A stretch of 52,473 bases of DNA from a virus (IMGVR_UViG_3300037245_002311:1-52473), one strand, 5' to 3'. Positions 1 through 9,260 are shown, counted from the first letter of the stretch. Translations and numbers: made by a program. Notes: a model not told the origin generated them from the letters alone.

Positions 1-47
1 CTGCCCGGCTCGGCAGGTTAGATCGCTGAATCGTTACCTGATACGGC

Positions 48-79
48 GCCCCCAGGCTGGGGGCTTGTTTCGGTTTTCT
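48..79 (+). terminator. Putative intrinsic terminator upstream of the first sigma28-like promoter
   Basis: GCCCCCA-GGC-TGGGGGC hairpin followed by TTGTTTCGGTTTTCT. Confidence 0.45.
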
Positions 80-122
80 CACCATACCAGGGCCGCGACC
101 TGCCTGCCTGCGAAAAAAGTGC

Positions 123-150
123 TCAAGTGCCGAGACCGGTCTGCCGTTAA
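123..150 (+). promoter_or_regulatory. sigma28-like promoter P1
   Basis: TCAA-N16-GCCGTTAA with upstream A-tract; leadered, gene starts at 188. Confidence 0.75.
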
Positions 151-187
151 GGCTGGAAATCGCGCAGAGCGCGCCAGGGGGCACGGC

Positions 188-520
188 ATGGCAGTGATCA
201 GAACCTTCGAAATCGACTACGAGCCCGACACCGCCGAGAACGCTGAGCAGTTTCAGGTCGAAGCGATCGTCGAGATTCACGACCAGGCCGAGACGGTCGA
301 GGTCGTGATCGGCCAGGTCGATATTTGGGTGCAGCCGATCAGGCCGAACGTCTCGCCCTGGGTCGAGATCATGCACCCGCTGCCCGAGTGGCTCGAGACC
401 GAGCTGCGCGACCAGGTGCTCGACATTCTTCGAAGCGACGGCGCCGAATATGACGCGACCCTCGCCGCCCAGGAAGTGCTCGACGAGCTGCGCGCTCGCG
501 AAGCGCAGGCAGGCCTCTGA
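188..520 (+). CDS. Hypothetical protein (acidic)
   Basis: ATG at 188 after GGGG; part of ORF 65..520; stop overlaps next start. Confidence 0.75.
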   Translation: MAVIRTFEIDYEPDTAENAEQFQVEAIVEIHDQAETVEVVIGQVDIWVQPIRPNVSPWVEIMHPLPEWLETELRDQVLDILRSDGAEYDATLAAQEVLDELRAREAQAGL

Positions 521-741
521 TGCCGGTCGAGACTCCTGAAGACCTGATGCACGAGGCCGTCGTGCGACTCGCCGAGAGCCTCGACCCTGCCCAGCAGGTG
601 CAGGTGCAACTCATGAAGGCGGCCGGCCGACTGCCGACCTGGTCGCCCAGGCTCACGAAGCTCGGGCTCGTCGCCGAGAATGGCCTGCTGACTGAGCTGG
701 GGCTCGAGGTCGCGACTCACCTGCTCGAGGGCGAACTGTGA
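520..741 (+). CDS. Hypothetical protein
   Basis: TGATG coupling to upstream gene. Confidence 0.7.
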   Translation: MPVETPEDLMHEAVVRLAESLDPAQQVQVQLMKAAGRLPTWSPRLTKLGLVAENGLLTELGLEVATHLLEGEL

Positions 742-968
742 AGAAAACACTCACGATTCTCGCACTGATCACCCTGCTCGCCGGCTGCGCGAGCTGGAAT
801 AACCCAGAACGAAGGGGGCACCGAAATGACGTCAGGCACTCAGCCGCCGAGCGACTCGAAGCAGAGAAGCTCTGGCTCTCGCACTGCAGAATCCACGAAA
901 ATGATGCCCGATGTCGATCGGGTGATTCGCAATCTCGCAGGCACCGCGACCAGGCCGACCGACGCTGA
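738..968 (+). CDS. Small putative lipoprotein
   Basis: MKK + hydrophobic stretch + lipobox LAGC. Confidence 0.6.
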   Translation: MKKTLTILALITLLAGCASWNNPERRGHRNDVRHSAAERLEAEKLWLSHCRIHENDARCRSGDSQSRRHRDQADRR

Positions 969-1389
969 CGAAGCCGAGGTCGAGGTGATCTTCGAGCGCC
1001 GCGACGGCTGGCGGCTCGGTGCACCTCTGCACTTCGAGCGCACGGCATTCGAGACATGGGCTGATCGCTGGGTCGCCTACTGGCTGAGGGTCAGAGCGGG
1101 CCGATACCGCGGCTGGGAGCGCGTGCCGATCAGCCAGCATCGCTTTCTCGCCGTCGACTGCGAGATCGCAGCCGAAGAGCAGATTCGAAATCTGGTCGGG
1201 CGCTGGGGCCAGCAGGGCGCTGCGGGCTACCGGAAGGCGCTGCTGCTCGCCGGCGTGATCGACGAGCTGCTCGGCCGAGAGGTGCACGGCACGCTCTTCG
1301 CCTCGAGCCCTCCGGGCTGCAGCTACAAGCTGGCCCGGCGCTTCGTGCGCGAGACTCTGAACCCGACCGACGACGAGGTGACATCGTGA
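826..1389 (+). CDS. Hypothetical protein
   Basis: GGGGG RBS before ATG 826; alternative start 901/904. Confidence 0.65.
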   Translation: MTSGTQPPSDSKQRSSGSRTAESTKMMPDVDRVIRNLAGTATRPTDADEAEVEVIFERRDGWRLGAPLHFERTAFETWADRWVAYWLRVRAGRYRGWERVPISQHRFLAVDCEIAAEEQIRNLVGRWGQQGAAGYRKALLLAGVIDELLGREVHGTLFASSPPGCSYKLARRFVRETLNPTDDEVTS

Positions 1390-1841
1390 GCGAGCAGACT
1401 GAAAGAGACGAAGGGCGCGAGCTTCGCCGCAGAAAGGTGATCGCGATGCTGATCAGGGCCGGCGGCCGCTCGATCTGGGATGGTGACGACAGGGTCGGCT
1501 GGGAAGACGGCGAGCCCAGGCAGACGATGCGAGGCTATGCGGTCGGCAGTCAGCTACTCGTCATGATCGAGAGCGAGGGCGGCATCGACGTGCTGCGCTC
1601 GATTAACCCGAAGAATTCGCTCGACGACCTGGGCGAGACGATCGCCCGAATCGGTAGGGGTGAGCCCGAGCCCTACCTGATCACGCAAGCGCTGCGCGAC
1701 AGCCTGATCGAGGCCGGCCGCCAGGCGATCGCGAAGCTCTGGTCGCACGAAGACCCAGAGCCGAGCCCCGAGCACCTGGCCCTGATCTCGGCGATCGACG
1801 AGCTGAGCCTGCTGCCTGCGGCCGCCACGAATAGGGGGTGA
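1386..1841 (+). CDS. Hypothetical protein
   Basis: GTGA overlap coupling. Confidence 0.7.
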   Translation: MSEQTERDEGRELRRRKVIAMLIRAGGRSIWDGDDRVGWEDGEPRQTMRGYAVGSQLLVMIESEGGIDVLRSINPKNSLDDLGETIARIGRGEPEPYLITQALRDSLIEAGRQAIAKLWSHEDPEPSPEHLALISAIDELSLLPAAATNRG

Positions 1842-1843
1842 GC

Positions 1844-2500
1844 ATGACCGAGACGCAAGCCGAAGAGAAAGACGAGGTCGCCTTTTTCGATCTCGAGACT
1901 GGGGGCTTCAAGAAATCCCAGCCGACGATTCAGGTCGCCGCGATCGTCGTCGACATCGCCCGCGACGGCTGGCCCGAGATCGAGCGCATCGAGGCGAAGG
2001 TGCAATTCGACCCCGAGATCTGCGACCCGCGAGCGCTCGAGCTGAATCACTACGACCCCGAGGTCTGGGCTCGTGAGGCCGTGCCAGCCGCCCAGGTGCG
2101 CCAGGATCTCGAGGCCTTCTTCAAGCGGCACCAGACGCTCGACCTGATCGGAAAGTCGAAGGGGGGCAAGCCTGGCAGGCCCTACAAGCTGGCGAAGGTC
2201 GGGGGGCACAACGTGAAGAGCTTCGACCTGCCTCGGCTCATACGCCTCTGGGGTGACGCTTTCCCGCCCTTCTGCCATTGGCGGTCGCTCGACACCCTTC
2301 AGCTGGCGGCCTGGGTGTTCGGATCAGGCCAGCACCCGCGGCGGCCGCTCGATCACAAGCTGCCGACGCTCTGCGCATTCTTCGACATCGAGCACGGGCA
2401 GGCCCATGAGGCGCTCGCCGATGTCGCGGCGACGATTCAGCTGGCCCAGAAGCTGCTCGAGCTGCAGCGCACCCTGGGGCTCGGGCAGAGGCCAGAATGA
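1844..2500 (+). CDS. DEDDh 3'-5' exonuclease (DnaQ-like)
   Basis: FFDLETGG, GHNVKSFD, SLDT, HEALADV motifs. Confidence 0.9.
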   Translation: MTETQAEEKDEVAFFDLETGGFKKSQPTIQVAAIVVDIARDGWPEIERIEAKVQFDPEICDPRALELNHYDPEVWAREAVPAAQVRQDLEAFFKRHQTLDLIGKSKGGKPGRPYKLAKVGGHNVKSFDLPRLIRLWGDAFPPFCHWRSLDTLQLAAWVFGSGQHPRRPLDHKLPTLCAFFDIEHGQAHEALADVAATIQLAQKLLELQRTLGLGQRPE

Positions 2501-2534
2501 GCTGAGAAAAAGGCGCTCACCGCGGGAAAAACTC

Positions 2535-2561
2535 TCAAGTTTCAGGGGTTTCGACCGTTAA
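2535..2561 (+). promoter_or_regulatory. sigma28-like promoter P2
   Basis: TCAA-N15-ACCGTTAA; ATG 7 nt later (2569). Confidence 0.75.
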
Positions 2562-2568
2562 GCAGTGC

Positions 2569-3528
2569 ATGACCGCCGCAAAAAACGCCGCCGAAAACGA
2601 CCTTCGAGACTTCGACTGGGTCGTCGTCAGCAGCTCAGCAGGGAAGGATTCGCAGGCGATGCTCGATCTGATCGTCGAAAAAGCCCGCCAGGCCGACGTG
2701 CTCGATCGCGTCGTCGTCGTGCACGCCGACCTGGGTCGCGTCGAATGGCAGGCGACCAGCCAGCCGATGCCCGAAGGCGTCGCCGAGATCTCAGTGCCTG
2801 ACCTGGCCGCCGAGCACGCTAAGGCCTACGGCCTGCGCTTCGAGATCGTGACACGACCGCAGGGCGACCTGCTCGAGCAGATCGAAGAGCGGGGCATGTT
2901 CCCCGGCATGGGCATGACTCAGTATTGCACCAGCGACCACAAGACCGCGCAGATCAAAAAGCTCTTCACCCGGCTCGTGCGCGAGACGAACGAAGCCGAC
3001 CCGAGCACGAAGAGCCGCCGAGTGCGAATTCTCGACTGCGTCGGGCTGCGAGCAAAAGAGTCTGACAAGCGGAGCGACCACCTTCTCGGCGGGCACTGGA
3101 AGGCCGACGAGTGGATCGTGAAGGGCGAGGCGCTGCCGATCGACGCGAACGGCTTCGCCTTCGAGCTAAACAAGAGAGCCAGCAACCCGACGAAGCGCGA
3201 AGTCATCAGCTGTTACCCGATCGCCGACTGGTCAGAGGCTGAGGTCTGGGCCCGAATCGACCAGGCCGTCACGCGATCGCACTGGGCCTATCAGGCCGGA
3301 ATGCCTCGCCTTTCTTGCTGCTTCTGCATCTATGCCTCGAAGCACGCGCTCATGATCGCCGGCCGCCATAACCCCGACCTGCTCGTCGAGTACGTGAGGG
3401 TAGAAAAGGCGATCGGGCACAATTTCCACGGCGAACCCGGAAAGAGCGGCAGCTTCTCGATCGCCTCGATCGCCGAGGCCCTCGAGACGGGCACCGAAAT
3501 CGAAGACGAAGGCTGGGGGAATTCATGA
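2569..3528 (+). CDS. PAPS-reductase-family (PP-loop) protein
   Basis: SSSAGKDSQA PP-loop, HADLGRVEW, YCTSDHK, GLRAKES, YPIADWS, RLSCCFCI. Confidence 0.85.
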   Translation: MTAAKNAAENDLRDFDWVVVSSSAGKDSQAMLDLIVEKARQADVLDRVVVVHADLGRVEWQATSQPMPEGVAEISVPDLAAEHAKAYGLRFEIVTRPQGDLLEQIEERGMFPGMGMTQYCTSDHKTAQIKKLFTRLVRETNEADPSTKSRRVRILDCVGLRAKESDKRSDHLLGGHWKADEWIVKGEALPIDANGFAFELNKRASNPTKREVISCYPIADWSEAEVWARIDQAVTRSHWAYQAGMPRLSCCFCIYASKHALMIAGRHNPDLLVEYVRVEKAIGHNFHGEPGKSGSFSIASIAEALETGTEIEDEGWGNS

Positions 3529-3908
3529 AGAAATGCCCGCAAGGCTGGGAAGACTGCGGCCGATGTCACCGGCCGAAATTCAAAAGCAACGCGCACGGGC
3601 CCGACCAGGCGATCAGGCCTCTGCTGCCTGGCGCGCACGGCGAGGCGATCGAGGTGCGCGAAGAATGGCACCGGAAACGCGAAGAGATTCTCGAAAACTT
3701 CGACCGGCGCCCCGACCTGGTGCGCGCTCTGGGCGCTGGCAGCCGCGAAGCCGTGCTCGCCGACACCCTGCGCGAGCTGCGCAACGTCGAAGCCGATCTG
3801 CGGCGCTGGGTCGAGCAGGTGCCCGTCGGCTGGCGCCTCGAGATGGAAATGCGCCTCGGCACCGTCGAGCTGGCGAATCGGGCCGTCGAGCGTGAGGGGC
3901 TCGAATGA
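3525..3908 (+). CDS. Hypothetical protein
   Basis: ATGA coupling, GGGG RBS, N-terminal Cys cluster. Confidence 0.65.
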   Translation: MKKCPQGWEDCGRCHRPKFKSNAHGPDQAIRPLLPGAHGEAIEVREEWHRKREEILENFDRRPDLVRALGAGSREAVLADTLRELRNVEADLRRWVEQVPVGWRLEMEMRLGTVELANRAVEREGLE

Positions 3909-4150
3909 AGCGCCCGCAGGCCCTTGAGTCAGAGAGCGACATCGAGGAGCGAGAAGAAAACGCGCGACTGACGGCCGACGCGCTGCTCGACGAATGGCAG
4001 GCTGCAGCGCGTGCGCTCGAGAGAATCAGCGGGCACCTCGCCGGCCTCCATGCGATGCGAGAGCTTCGGCGCTTCGAGCGGCAATTCGAAGCGGCCACTA
4101 AGAAGCTAGAGGCCTTGGCCGCTCGGATCATTCGAGACGGCAAGCGCTGA
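3905..4150 (+). CDS. Hypothetical coiled-coil protein
   Basis: ATGA coupling. Confidence 0.65.
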   Translation: MKRPQALESESDIEEREENARLTADALLDEWQAAARALERISGHLAGLHAMRELRRFERQFEAATKKLEALAARIIRDGKR

Positions 4151-4202
4151 ACGCGGCCGCCAGGCCTGAGGTTATGACGGGCCCAAGAAAAGGGGGGAAA
4201 CC

Positions 4203-4448
4203 ATGCACGACGAACTGAATCGCGAGACTCTGAAGCTGCTCGAGAAGCAGCACCGCCGGCGCGCGCTGGGCCTTCGAGGCTGCCTGGTGCGGGTGGTGGT
4301 GCTCGATGGGCCTAACGTGGTGAGATCATTCTTCGGCGAGCTGCAGAGCTTCGAGCCTGACGCCGACGAGATTCACCTGATGGGCGGGCACCCTGAGCTG
4401 ATCTCTTTCGACCGTGTCGTCGACATCAGACTCGCAGAGCCCTCATGA
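4203..4448 (+). CDS. Hypothetical protein
   Basis: GGGGGG RBS before ATG. Confidence 0.7.
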   Translation: MHDELNRETLKLLEKQHRRRALGLRGCLVRVVVLDGPNVVRSFFGELQSFEPDADEIHLMGGHPELISFDRVVDIRLAEPS

Positions 4449-4639
4449 CCTTTCGCTGCTCGATCTGCCGCCAGGTCTATCTCGACCAGGGCGGCCAGGC
4501 TGGCGAGGCGATCGGCGTCTGCGAGGCCTGCGGCCGCCGGCTGCTCGGCGACGCCGGCTTCGAGGCTGCTCGAGATCGAGCCCTCGACAAAGTGCACCGC
4601 CTGCGCACTCGCCTGAATCTGAAGCGAAAAAAGGCCTAA
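4445..4639 (+). CDS. Small Zn-finger-like protein
   Basis: CSIC...CEAC; stop codon TAA lies inside promoter P3. Confidence 0.65.
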   Translation: MTFRCSICRQVYLDQGGQAGEAIGVCEACGRRLLGDAGFEAARDRALDKVHRLRTRLNLKRKKA

Positions 4640-4663
4640 AGATCTCGAGGGGCTCACCGATAA
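4637..4663 (+). promoter_or_regulatory. sigma28-like promoter P3
   Basis: TAAA-N15-ACCGATAA; ATG 7 nt later (4671). Confidence 0.8.
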
Positions 4664-4670
4664 GGTGAGC

Positions 4671-5987
4671 ATGACCGACGCAAACACTCTCGAGACCCAG
4701 ACCCGCCGCTTCGTCGTGCTCAGCTACGGCATGGGCGTCGATTCGACCGCGATTCTGCTGCGCTGGCTCAGCGACCCCAGCTCTCGAGACTTCGACCTGG
4801 CCGACCTGATCGTCGTCACCAGCCAGACCGGCAGCGAGTTTCGGGGCTCGATCAGCCTCTGCGAGCAGCACGTGCTGCCGCTGCTCAAGGCCGCCGGCGT
4901 GCGCTTCGTCGAGATCGCCCGCCACCAGCGCAGCCAGAAGGGCCAGAAGTTTACCGTGCTGCAGGACTCTCGCAGCCCTGAGCGCCTGCACCCTGCCGGC
5001 GCCTATACGCTGGCCCGCGAGATGATCGAAGCCGGCACCGTGCCGCAGAGCGGCGGCGGTCACCTCTGCTCGATCAAAAGCAAGGCCGTGCCGATCGAGG
5101 CCTGGCTGGCCGAGCAGCCCGAGCTTCTGGGCGAGCGCGTGCACGTCATGGGCTACGCGAAGGGCGAAGAGAGCCGCAGCGCGAAAGACGTCGCCGCTCG
5201 AGCCGCCGCCGGCACGCTCGTGATCGAGCCCTACCGCATCGCCTTCGGCTTCGCGGCCGACGAGATGCCCCGAAGCGAGAAGACCGAGCGCGTCAGGGCC
5301 GAGAAAGCTCAGGTCGTCGCCGAGTTTCCGCTGCAGACCTGGGGCTGGGATCGAGACGCCTGCCTGGCCTTCATCGCCGAGCAGACCGGCGCCGTCTGGC
5401 CGAAGAGCGCCTGCACCTTCTGCCCCTTCGCCTTCAGTCGGAAAGACCGGCACCTGGTGCTCGGCCGCTTCGACGCCGAGCCGGCTGAGGCCCTCGAGGG
5501 CCTGCTCATGGAGGCTGGCGCGCTGGCGCTGAATCCCAGGGCGAAGCTCTTCAAGACGACCGGCCTGCGCGAAGCGCTCGAGGCCGCCGGGCACACCGAG
5601 GCCCTGGCGCTCTTCGAAGACGCCCTCGACGCCGCACCCTGGGCGATCTACCGCACCCGCCGGCAATTCACCGAGCGCCGCGATCACGTCGCCGGCTGCA
5701 AAAAAAGCACCTGCAGCTGCCCGATCAGCACCGAGAAATTCGGCGTGAATCGCTCGGTCGAGATCGTCGCCCAGGGCTCGCGCGCCGCGATCCTCGAGCA
5801 CCTCGAGCTGCTGGCTGAAGACCAGGGCCTGAAGGTCGACCGCGACGGGCCGATCGCCAGGGCGACCGTGCAGGGCTTCACCGAGAAGAGCCTCGAGGCC
5901 CGCGAAGAGATCCTCGCCGCAGCACCTCAGCAGGCCGAGGCGAAGGCGCCCCGATTCGACGAGGCGGCCTGGGCGGCGATCGACTGA
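4671..5987 (+). CDS. PP-loop (PAPS reductase/adenine-nucleotide alpha hydrolase-like) protein
   Basis: VLSYGMGVDSTAIL, QTGSE, CSIKSK, FPLQTWGWDRDAC, KSACTFCPF. Confidence 0.8.
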   Translation: MTDANTLETQTRRFVVLSYGMGVDSTAILLRWLSDPSSRDFDLADLIVVTSQTGSEFRGSISLCEQHVLPLLKAAGVRFVEIARHQRSQKGQKFTVLQDSRSPERLHPAGAYTLAREMIEAGTVPQSGGGHLCSIKSKAVPIEAWLAEQPELLGERVHVMGYAKGEESRSAKDVAARAAAGTLVIEPYRIAFGFAADEMPRSEKTERVRAEKAQVVAEFPLQTWGWDRDACLAFIAEQTGAVWPKSACTFCPFAFSRKDRHLVLGRFDAEPAEALEGLLMEAGALALNPRAKLFKTTGLREALEAAGHTEALALFEDALDAAPWAIYRTRRQFTERRDHVAGCKKSTCSCPISTEKFGVNRSVEIVAQGSRAAILEHLELLAEDQGLKVDRDGPIARATVQGFTEKSLEAREEILAAAPQQAEAKAPRFDEAAWAAID

Positions 5988-6052
5988 GCTGGGGGCTCAG
6001 ATCCGGCACCTCGATCGAGGTCGAGAATCTGAAACCAGGCCGAGAAAAAGGC

Positions 6053-6080
6053 TCAAGTTTCGGGCACCTCTGGCCGTTAA
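6053..6080 (+). promoter_or_regulatory. sigma28-like promoter P4
   Basis: TCAA-N16-GCCGTTAA; ATG 7 nt later (6088). Confidence 0.75.
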
Positions 6081-6087
6081 GGTGTGC

Positions 6088-6966
6088 ATGACCGACGCAA
6101 AAACCCTCAGATTCTACCTGGCAGGCATTAACTCACGACCGCTCGCAGCCGTCGCGAAAGGGCACGACGTGCTGATCAGCTTCGCAGACGTGAAGAAGGG
6201 CCCGGCATTCTGGGCCTGGCTCGCACCGATGATCGACGCCGGTCACTTTCGCTCAGTGATCCTCGACTCGGGCGCCTTCACCGAGCTGAGCGCTCGCAAG
6301 CGGGGCAAGACCTTCACGATCGACCTAGTCGACTTCGCCGACTTTGCAGTCGAAAACGCTCACCGCTTCACCTGGGTCGCGAATCTCGACTCGATCGAAG
6401 GCGATGTCGATCTATCGAATCGGAATCTGGCCTACCTCGAGAGCCGCGGCCTGCCCGTCGCACCCGTCTATCACGAGGGCGAGAGCCTCGAGCAGCTCGA
6501 GCACTGCGCCGCCCAGGCCCGCCAGGGTCGAGGCGTGCTGGCGATCGGCTGCCAGCGACCGAAGGGCTCTCTGCGACCCCGAAAGGTCGTCGAGTTTCTG
6601 ACCTGGCTCGCCCCCCAGCTCGAGCGCCTGGCCGGCGATCTCGAAGTGCACGGCTTCGGCCTGACCCGCTACGCGAGCGCAGCCTGCCCGTGCGGCTCTG
6701 ACGGCTTCAGCTTCGCGAGCGTCGACTCGACGACCTGGATCGCCGAGGGGTGCGCACTGTATCGATCGGGCGCGATCGCCGACCGTCACGCCTCGTTTCG
6801 CGCGACCGTCGACAGCTATCACGGCGTCGCCTGGGTCGACCAGCTCGAGCCCGACGTCGGCTTTCACGGCGAGCCCTTCGACATCGCCCAGGCCCTCGAG
6901 GCTGGCGGCCAGGCCGCGACCGTCGCCCGCCGGCACCAGGCGCTCGACCAGGCCGTCGCCGCCTGA
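6088..6966 (+). CDS. tRNA-guanine-transglycosylase-fold (DpdA-like) protein
   Basis: ILDSGAFT, ANLD, APVYHEGE, LAIG, VHGFG, SVDSTTW motifs of phage TGT-like proteins. Confidence 0.75.
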   Translation: MTDAKTLRFYLAGINSRPLAAVAKGHDVLISFADVKKGPAFWAWLAPMIDAGHFRSVILDSGAFTELSARKRGKTFTIDLVDFADFAVENAHRFTWVANLDSIEGDVDLSNRNLAYLESRGLPVAPVYHEGESLEQLEHCAAQARQGRGVLAIGCQRPKGSLRPRKVVEFLTWLAPQLERLAGDLEVHGFGLTRYASAACPCGSDGFSFASVDSTTWIAEGCALYRSGAIADRHASFRATVDSYHGVAWVDQLEPDVGFHGEPFDIAQALEAGGQAATVARRHQALDQAVAA

Positions 6967-7017
6967 GCCCAGGCCCTCATTCGCGCAGGAAAAACGACAA
7001 GAGCGCGAAAAAAGGGC

Positions 7018-7045
7018 TCAAGCTCGAGGCCCGTTCTGCCGTTAA
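7018..7045 (+). promoter_or_regulatory. sigma28-like promoter P5 (no gene directly downstream)
   Basis: TCAA-N16-GCCGTTAA with upstream A-tract. Confidence 0.7.
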
Positions 7046-7080
7046 GAGAACTACGGCGCCCCTGCGCGATGACAAGCAAC

Positions 7081-7108
7081 TAAAGCGCAACTTCTGCGCG
7101 GCCGTTCA
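7081..7108 (+). promoter_or_regulatory. Degenerate sigma28-like element
   Basis: CTAAAG with TAAA-N16-GCCGTTCA. Confidence 0.35.
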
Positions 7109-7164
7109 GCTTTCCGCTGGTTATGGAATCGGTAATAAATCGACCGCCGAATGTGAAAAACCGC

Positions 7165-7192
7165 TCAAGCTCAGGCCCTGCCCTGCCGTTAA
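7165..7192 (+). promoter_or_regulatory. sigma28-like promoter P6
   Basis: TCAA-N16-GCCGTTAA; ATG 7 nt later (7200). Confidence 0.75.
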
Positions 7193-7199
7193 GGGGTGC

Positions 7200-7388
7200 A
7201 TGACCGCAGAGAAAAAAGGGCAGAGAATGACCTGCAAAGTCGCGATTCGATACGTCTGCACCGCCTGCCGCTACCGCTGGGTGCGAGACGTGAACGCCAG
7301 CAGCCCTCAGATCATGACCCGACCGATTGGAACGCCCGACTGCCCGGCCTGCCGGCCGGCGCCTCGAGGCGAGTGCCGCACGCGCTGA
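7200..7388 (+). CDS. Small Zn-ribbon protein
   Basis: CTAC...CPAC; second in-frame ATG at 7227. Confidence 0.65.
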   Translation: MTAEKKGQRMTCKVAIRYVCTACRYRWVRDVNASSPQIMTRPIGTPDCPACRPAPRGECRTR

Positions 7389-7397
7389 AAAAAGGGC

Positions 7398-7424
7398 TCA
7401 AGCTCGCTGCCGTGCTGCCGATAA
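7398..7424 (+). promoter_or_regulatory. sigma28-like promoter P7
   Basis: TCAA-N15-GCCGATAA; ATG 7 nt later (7432). Confidence 0.8.
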
Positions 7425-7431
7425 GGTGAGC

Positions 7432-7827
7432 ATGACCGCGACGCAAACTGGGGGCACTGAGATGAGCATCAGACTGAACGAGCTGCTGACGAAGCCGGCG
7501 ATCGACTGGGCGCACTATGAGACCCAGGCCGCCGAGATGACCGACGAAGAGCTGATCGCCGCTCGCGTCGTCGCCTTCGAGACGTCGCGCGACCCGATGG
7601 TCACCGGCACCGATCTCGAGGGCTGCTGGCGCGACGCCGGCAGCGTCTTCGCCGGCGAGACCCGATTTCGAGAAGCGAAGGCCGCGACGATCGCGAAGAC
7701 CGCCGCCAGTCTGCGCCTCGACTCGAAAGACTTGGCCGACCGGATTCACGAAGCCGCCGCCGCCGATCCCAGCTCGATCTGGGCCGGCATCGCTGACCTG
7801 CTCGACACCGTCGAGGCAACGTCGTGA
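7432..7827 (+). CDS. Hypothetical protein
   Basis: Leaderless ATG 7432; second in-frame ATG 7462 after GGGGG. Confidence 0.7.
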   Translation: MTATQTGGTEMSIRLNELLTKPAIDWAHYETQAAEMTDEELIAARVVAFETSRDPMVTGTDLEGCWRDAGSVFAGETRFREAKAATIAKTAASLRLDSKDLADRIHEAAAADPSSIWAGIADLLDTVEATS

Positions 7828-8507
7828 GCGCGCCCTACCTCGACGACGGGCCGAAGGTCGACTGCCCCGAAGGTCGCCAGGTGCTCGAGGGCCTGGTCGT
7901 TTCCGAGAAGACCCGCGACGACGGCTTCGGGCCCGAGGGCCGCCAGGTGCTGACCGTGAAGGTCGAGACGCCCGAGGGCGCCTTCGTGATCTGGGGCACG
8001 TCGCCGAAGGCACTGCGCGAAGCTCCTGGGCTGCGTGGCTCGACCGTGCGATTCACCGCGACGCTGACTCGCAGCGACCGCGACGCGAGCTTCGGCTTCT
8101 TCAGCCGGCCGGCGAAGGCTGAAGTGCTCGAGCAGGGCGACGCCCAGAAGCCCGAGCTGATCGGCGCCTCGGGCTCGACCTTTCGGCTGCTCGAGCAGAT
8201 CATGCACGGCAAGAAAAACGCCGACCTGACGGTGAAGAGCGTCGGCCGAGTGCTCGCCCAGGCAGGCCTCGAGCGGCAGCGCTTCGAAGAGAATTTCGAC
8301 CATGACCGCGAGAATCACGCCCAGGAAATCTTCGACGGCGAGGGCGGCCGGCTCTTTCTGCGAATCTGGCCGAACGGCTGCGCGGGCGCCTGGTATGGCC
8401 CGCACCGAGACGAGCTGCGAGCCCAGGCTGAAGAGCGCGAAGCAGTGCTCGAGCGCGAGAAGGCCGAGCTGCTCGCCGATGTCGAGCGCTTCAGGGCTGG
8501 GCGCTGA
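7824..8507 (+). CDS. Hypothetical protein (beta-rich N-terminal domain)
   Basis: GTGA coupling; 227 aa ORF. Confidence 0.7.
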   Translation: MSAPYLDDGPKVDCPEGRQVLEGLVVSEKTRDDGFGPEGRQVLTVKVETPEGAFVIWGTSPKALREAPGLRGSTVRFTATLTRSDRDASFGFFSRPAKAEVLEQGDAQKPELIGASGSTFRLLEQIMHGKKNADLTVKSVGRVLAQAGLERQRFEENFDHDRENHAQEIFDGEGGRLFLRIWPNGCAGAWYGPHRDELRAQAEEREAVLEREKAELLADVERFRAGR

Positions 8508-8509
8508 TC

Positions 8510-8821
8510 ATGCGGCGAGAGCGCCTCAGCGGGCCGCAGATCAGCGCGCTCGAGTGCTGCGGGCTCGAGCACCCAGACGACGACGCCGAGCGCCTGCTCG
8601 CTCGATGCTGGGCTGCTGGTGATCGCCGAGCCCTCGTCTTCGACCCAGGCGAGGCCGAGGCACTCTGGGCTGCTCTGCGCGATCTCTCGAATGCTGAAGA
8701 CGATTTCGCCGAAGACCGCAGCCAGGATCGTGAAATGCGGCGACTCGCAGGTCGAGCTGCTCGCAGCCTGGGGGCGATCGGCAGCCGAGTGCTGATCTGC
8801 TGCAAGACCGGCCGATCGTGA
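8510..8821 (+). CDS. Hypothetical protein
   Basis: Starts 2 nt after upstream stop. Confidence 0.65.
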   Translation: MRRERLSGPQISALECCGLEHPDDDAERLLARCWAAGDRRALVFDPGEAEALWAALRDLSNAEDDFAEDRSQDREMRRLAGRAARSLGAIGSRVLICCKTGRS

Positions 8822-9213
8822 GCGCGCTCGAGGCGATCGCCCTGAGCTTCGAGCAGCTGCGCCAGGCTGCCGCTCAGATCGTGATCGCTGACCTGCCGAT
8901 GATCGAGATCTGCGATCGTGAGATCTGGGCACGCCTGCCCTGCGAGTGCTCGGCCGTCTATTTCGTGACGCACCCGATCGACGGCGTGCTCTACATCGGG
9001 AAAACCGCCGCGATCCGGCAGCGCTGGGCCTCGACGTATCGGCTGGGCCGGCAGATCTATACTCTGAACCATTCGAAGCACGCCCAGGCTCTCGACCTGG
9101 GCGACTGCGAGCTTTCCTGGCTCGAGATCGATCGCTGCTACCTGGCCGCGCTCGAGGCCGCGCTGATCGGGCTGCACCTGCCTCCCTGGAATCTGCGCGA
9201 GAAATACACCTGA
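8818..9213 (+). CDS. GIY-YIG nuclease family protein
   Basis: SAVYF...LYIGKT...RQRW...LE motif order. Confidence 0.75.
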   Translation: MSALEAIALSFEQLRQAAAQIVIADLPMIEICDREIWARLPCECSAVYFVTHPIDGVLYIGKTAAIRQRWASTYRLGRQIYTLNHSKHAQALDLGDCELSWLEIDRCYLAALEAALIGLHLPPWNLREKYT

Positions 9214-9226
9214 CCCGAAAAAAGGC

Positions 9227-9253
9227 TAAAGCCCTGGGCTGGTCTGCCGATAA
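9227..9253 (+). promoter_or_regulatory. sigma28-like promoter P8 (perfect consensus)
   Basis: TAAA-N15-GCCGATAA; ATG 7 nt later (9261). Confidence 0.85.
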
Positions 9254-9260
9254 GTAGTGC

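Noticed and set aside
2569-3528. PAPS reductase as a sulfur-assimilation cysH auxiliary metabolic gene
   Set aside because: No other cys genes, and context with TGT-like and MTase genes points to nucleic-acid modification; symbol withheld
42-7062. TACGGCGCCCC present at 42-52 and 7052-7062
   Set aside because: An 11-bp GC-rich match is expected by chance in 52 kb
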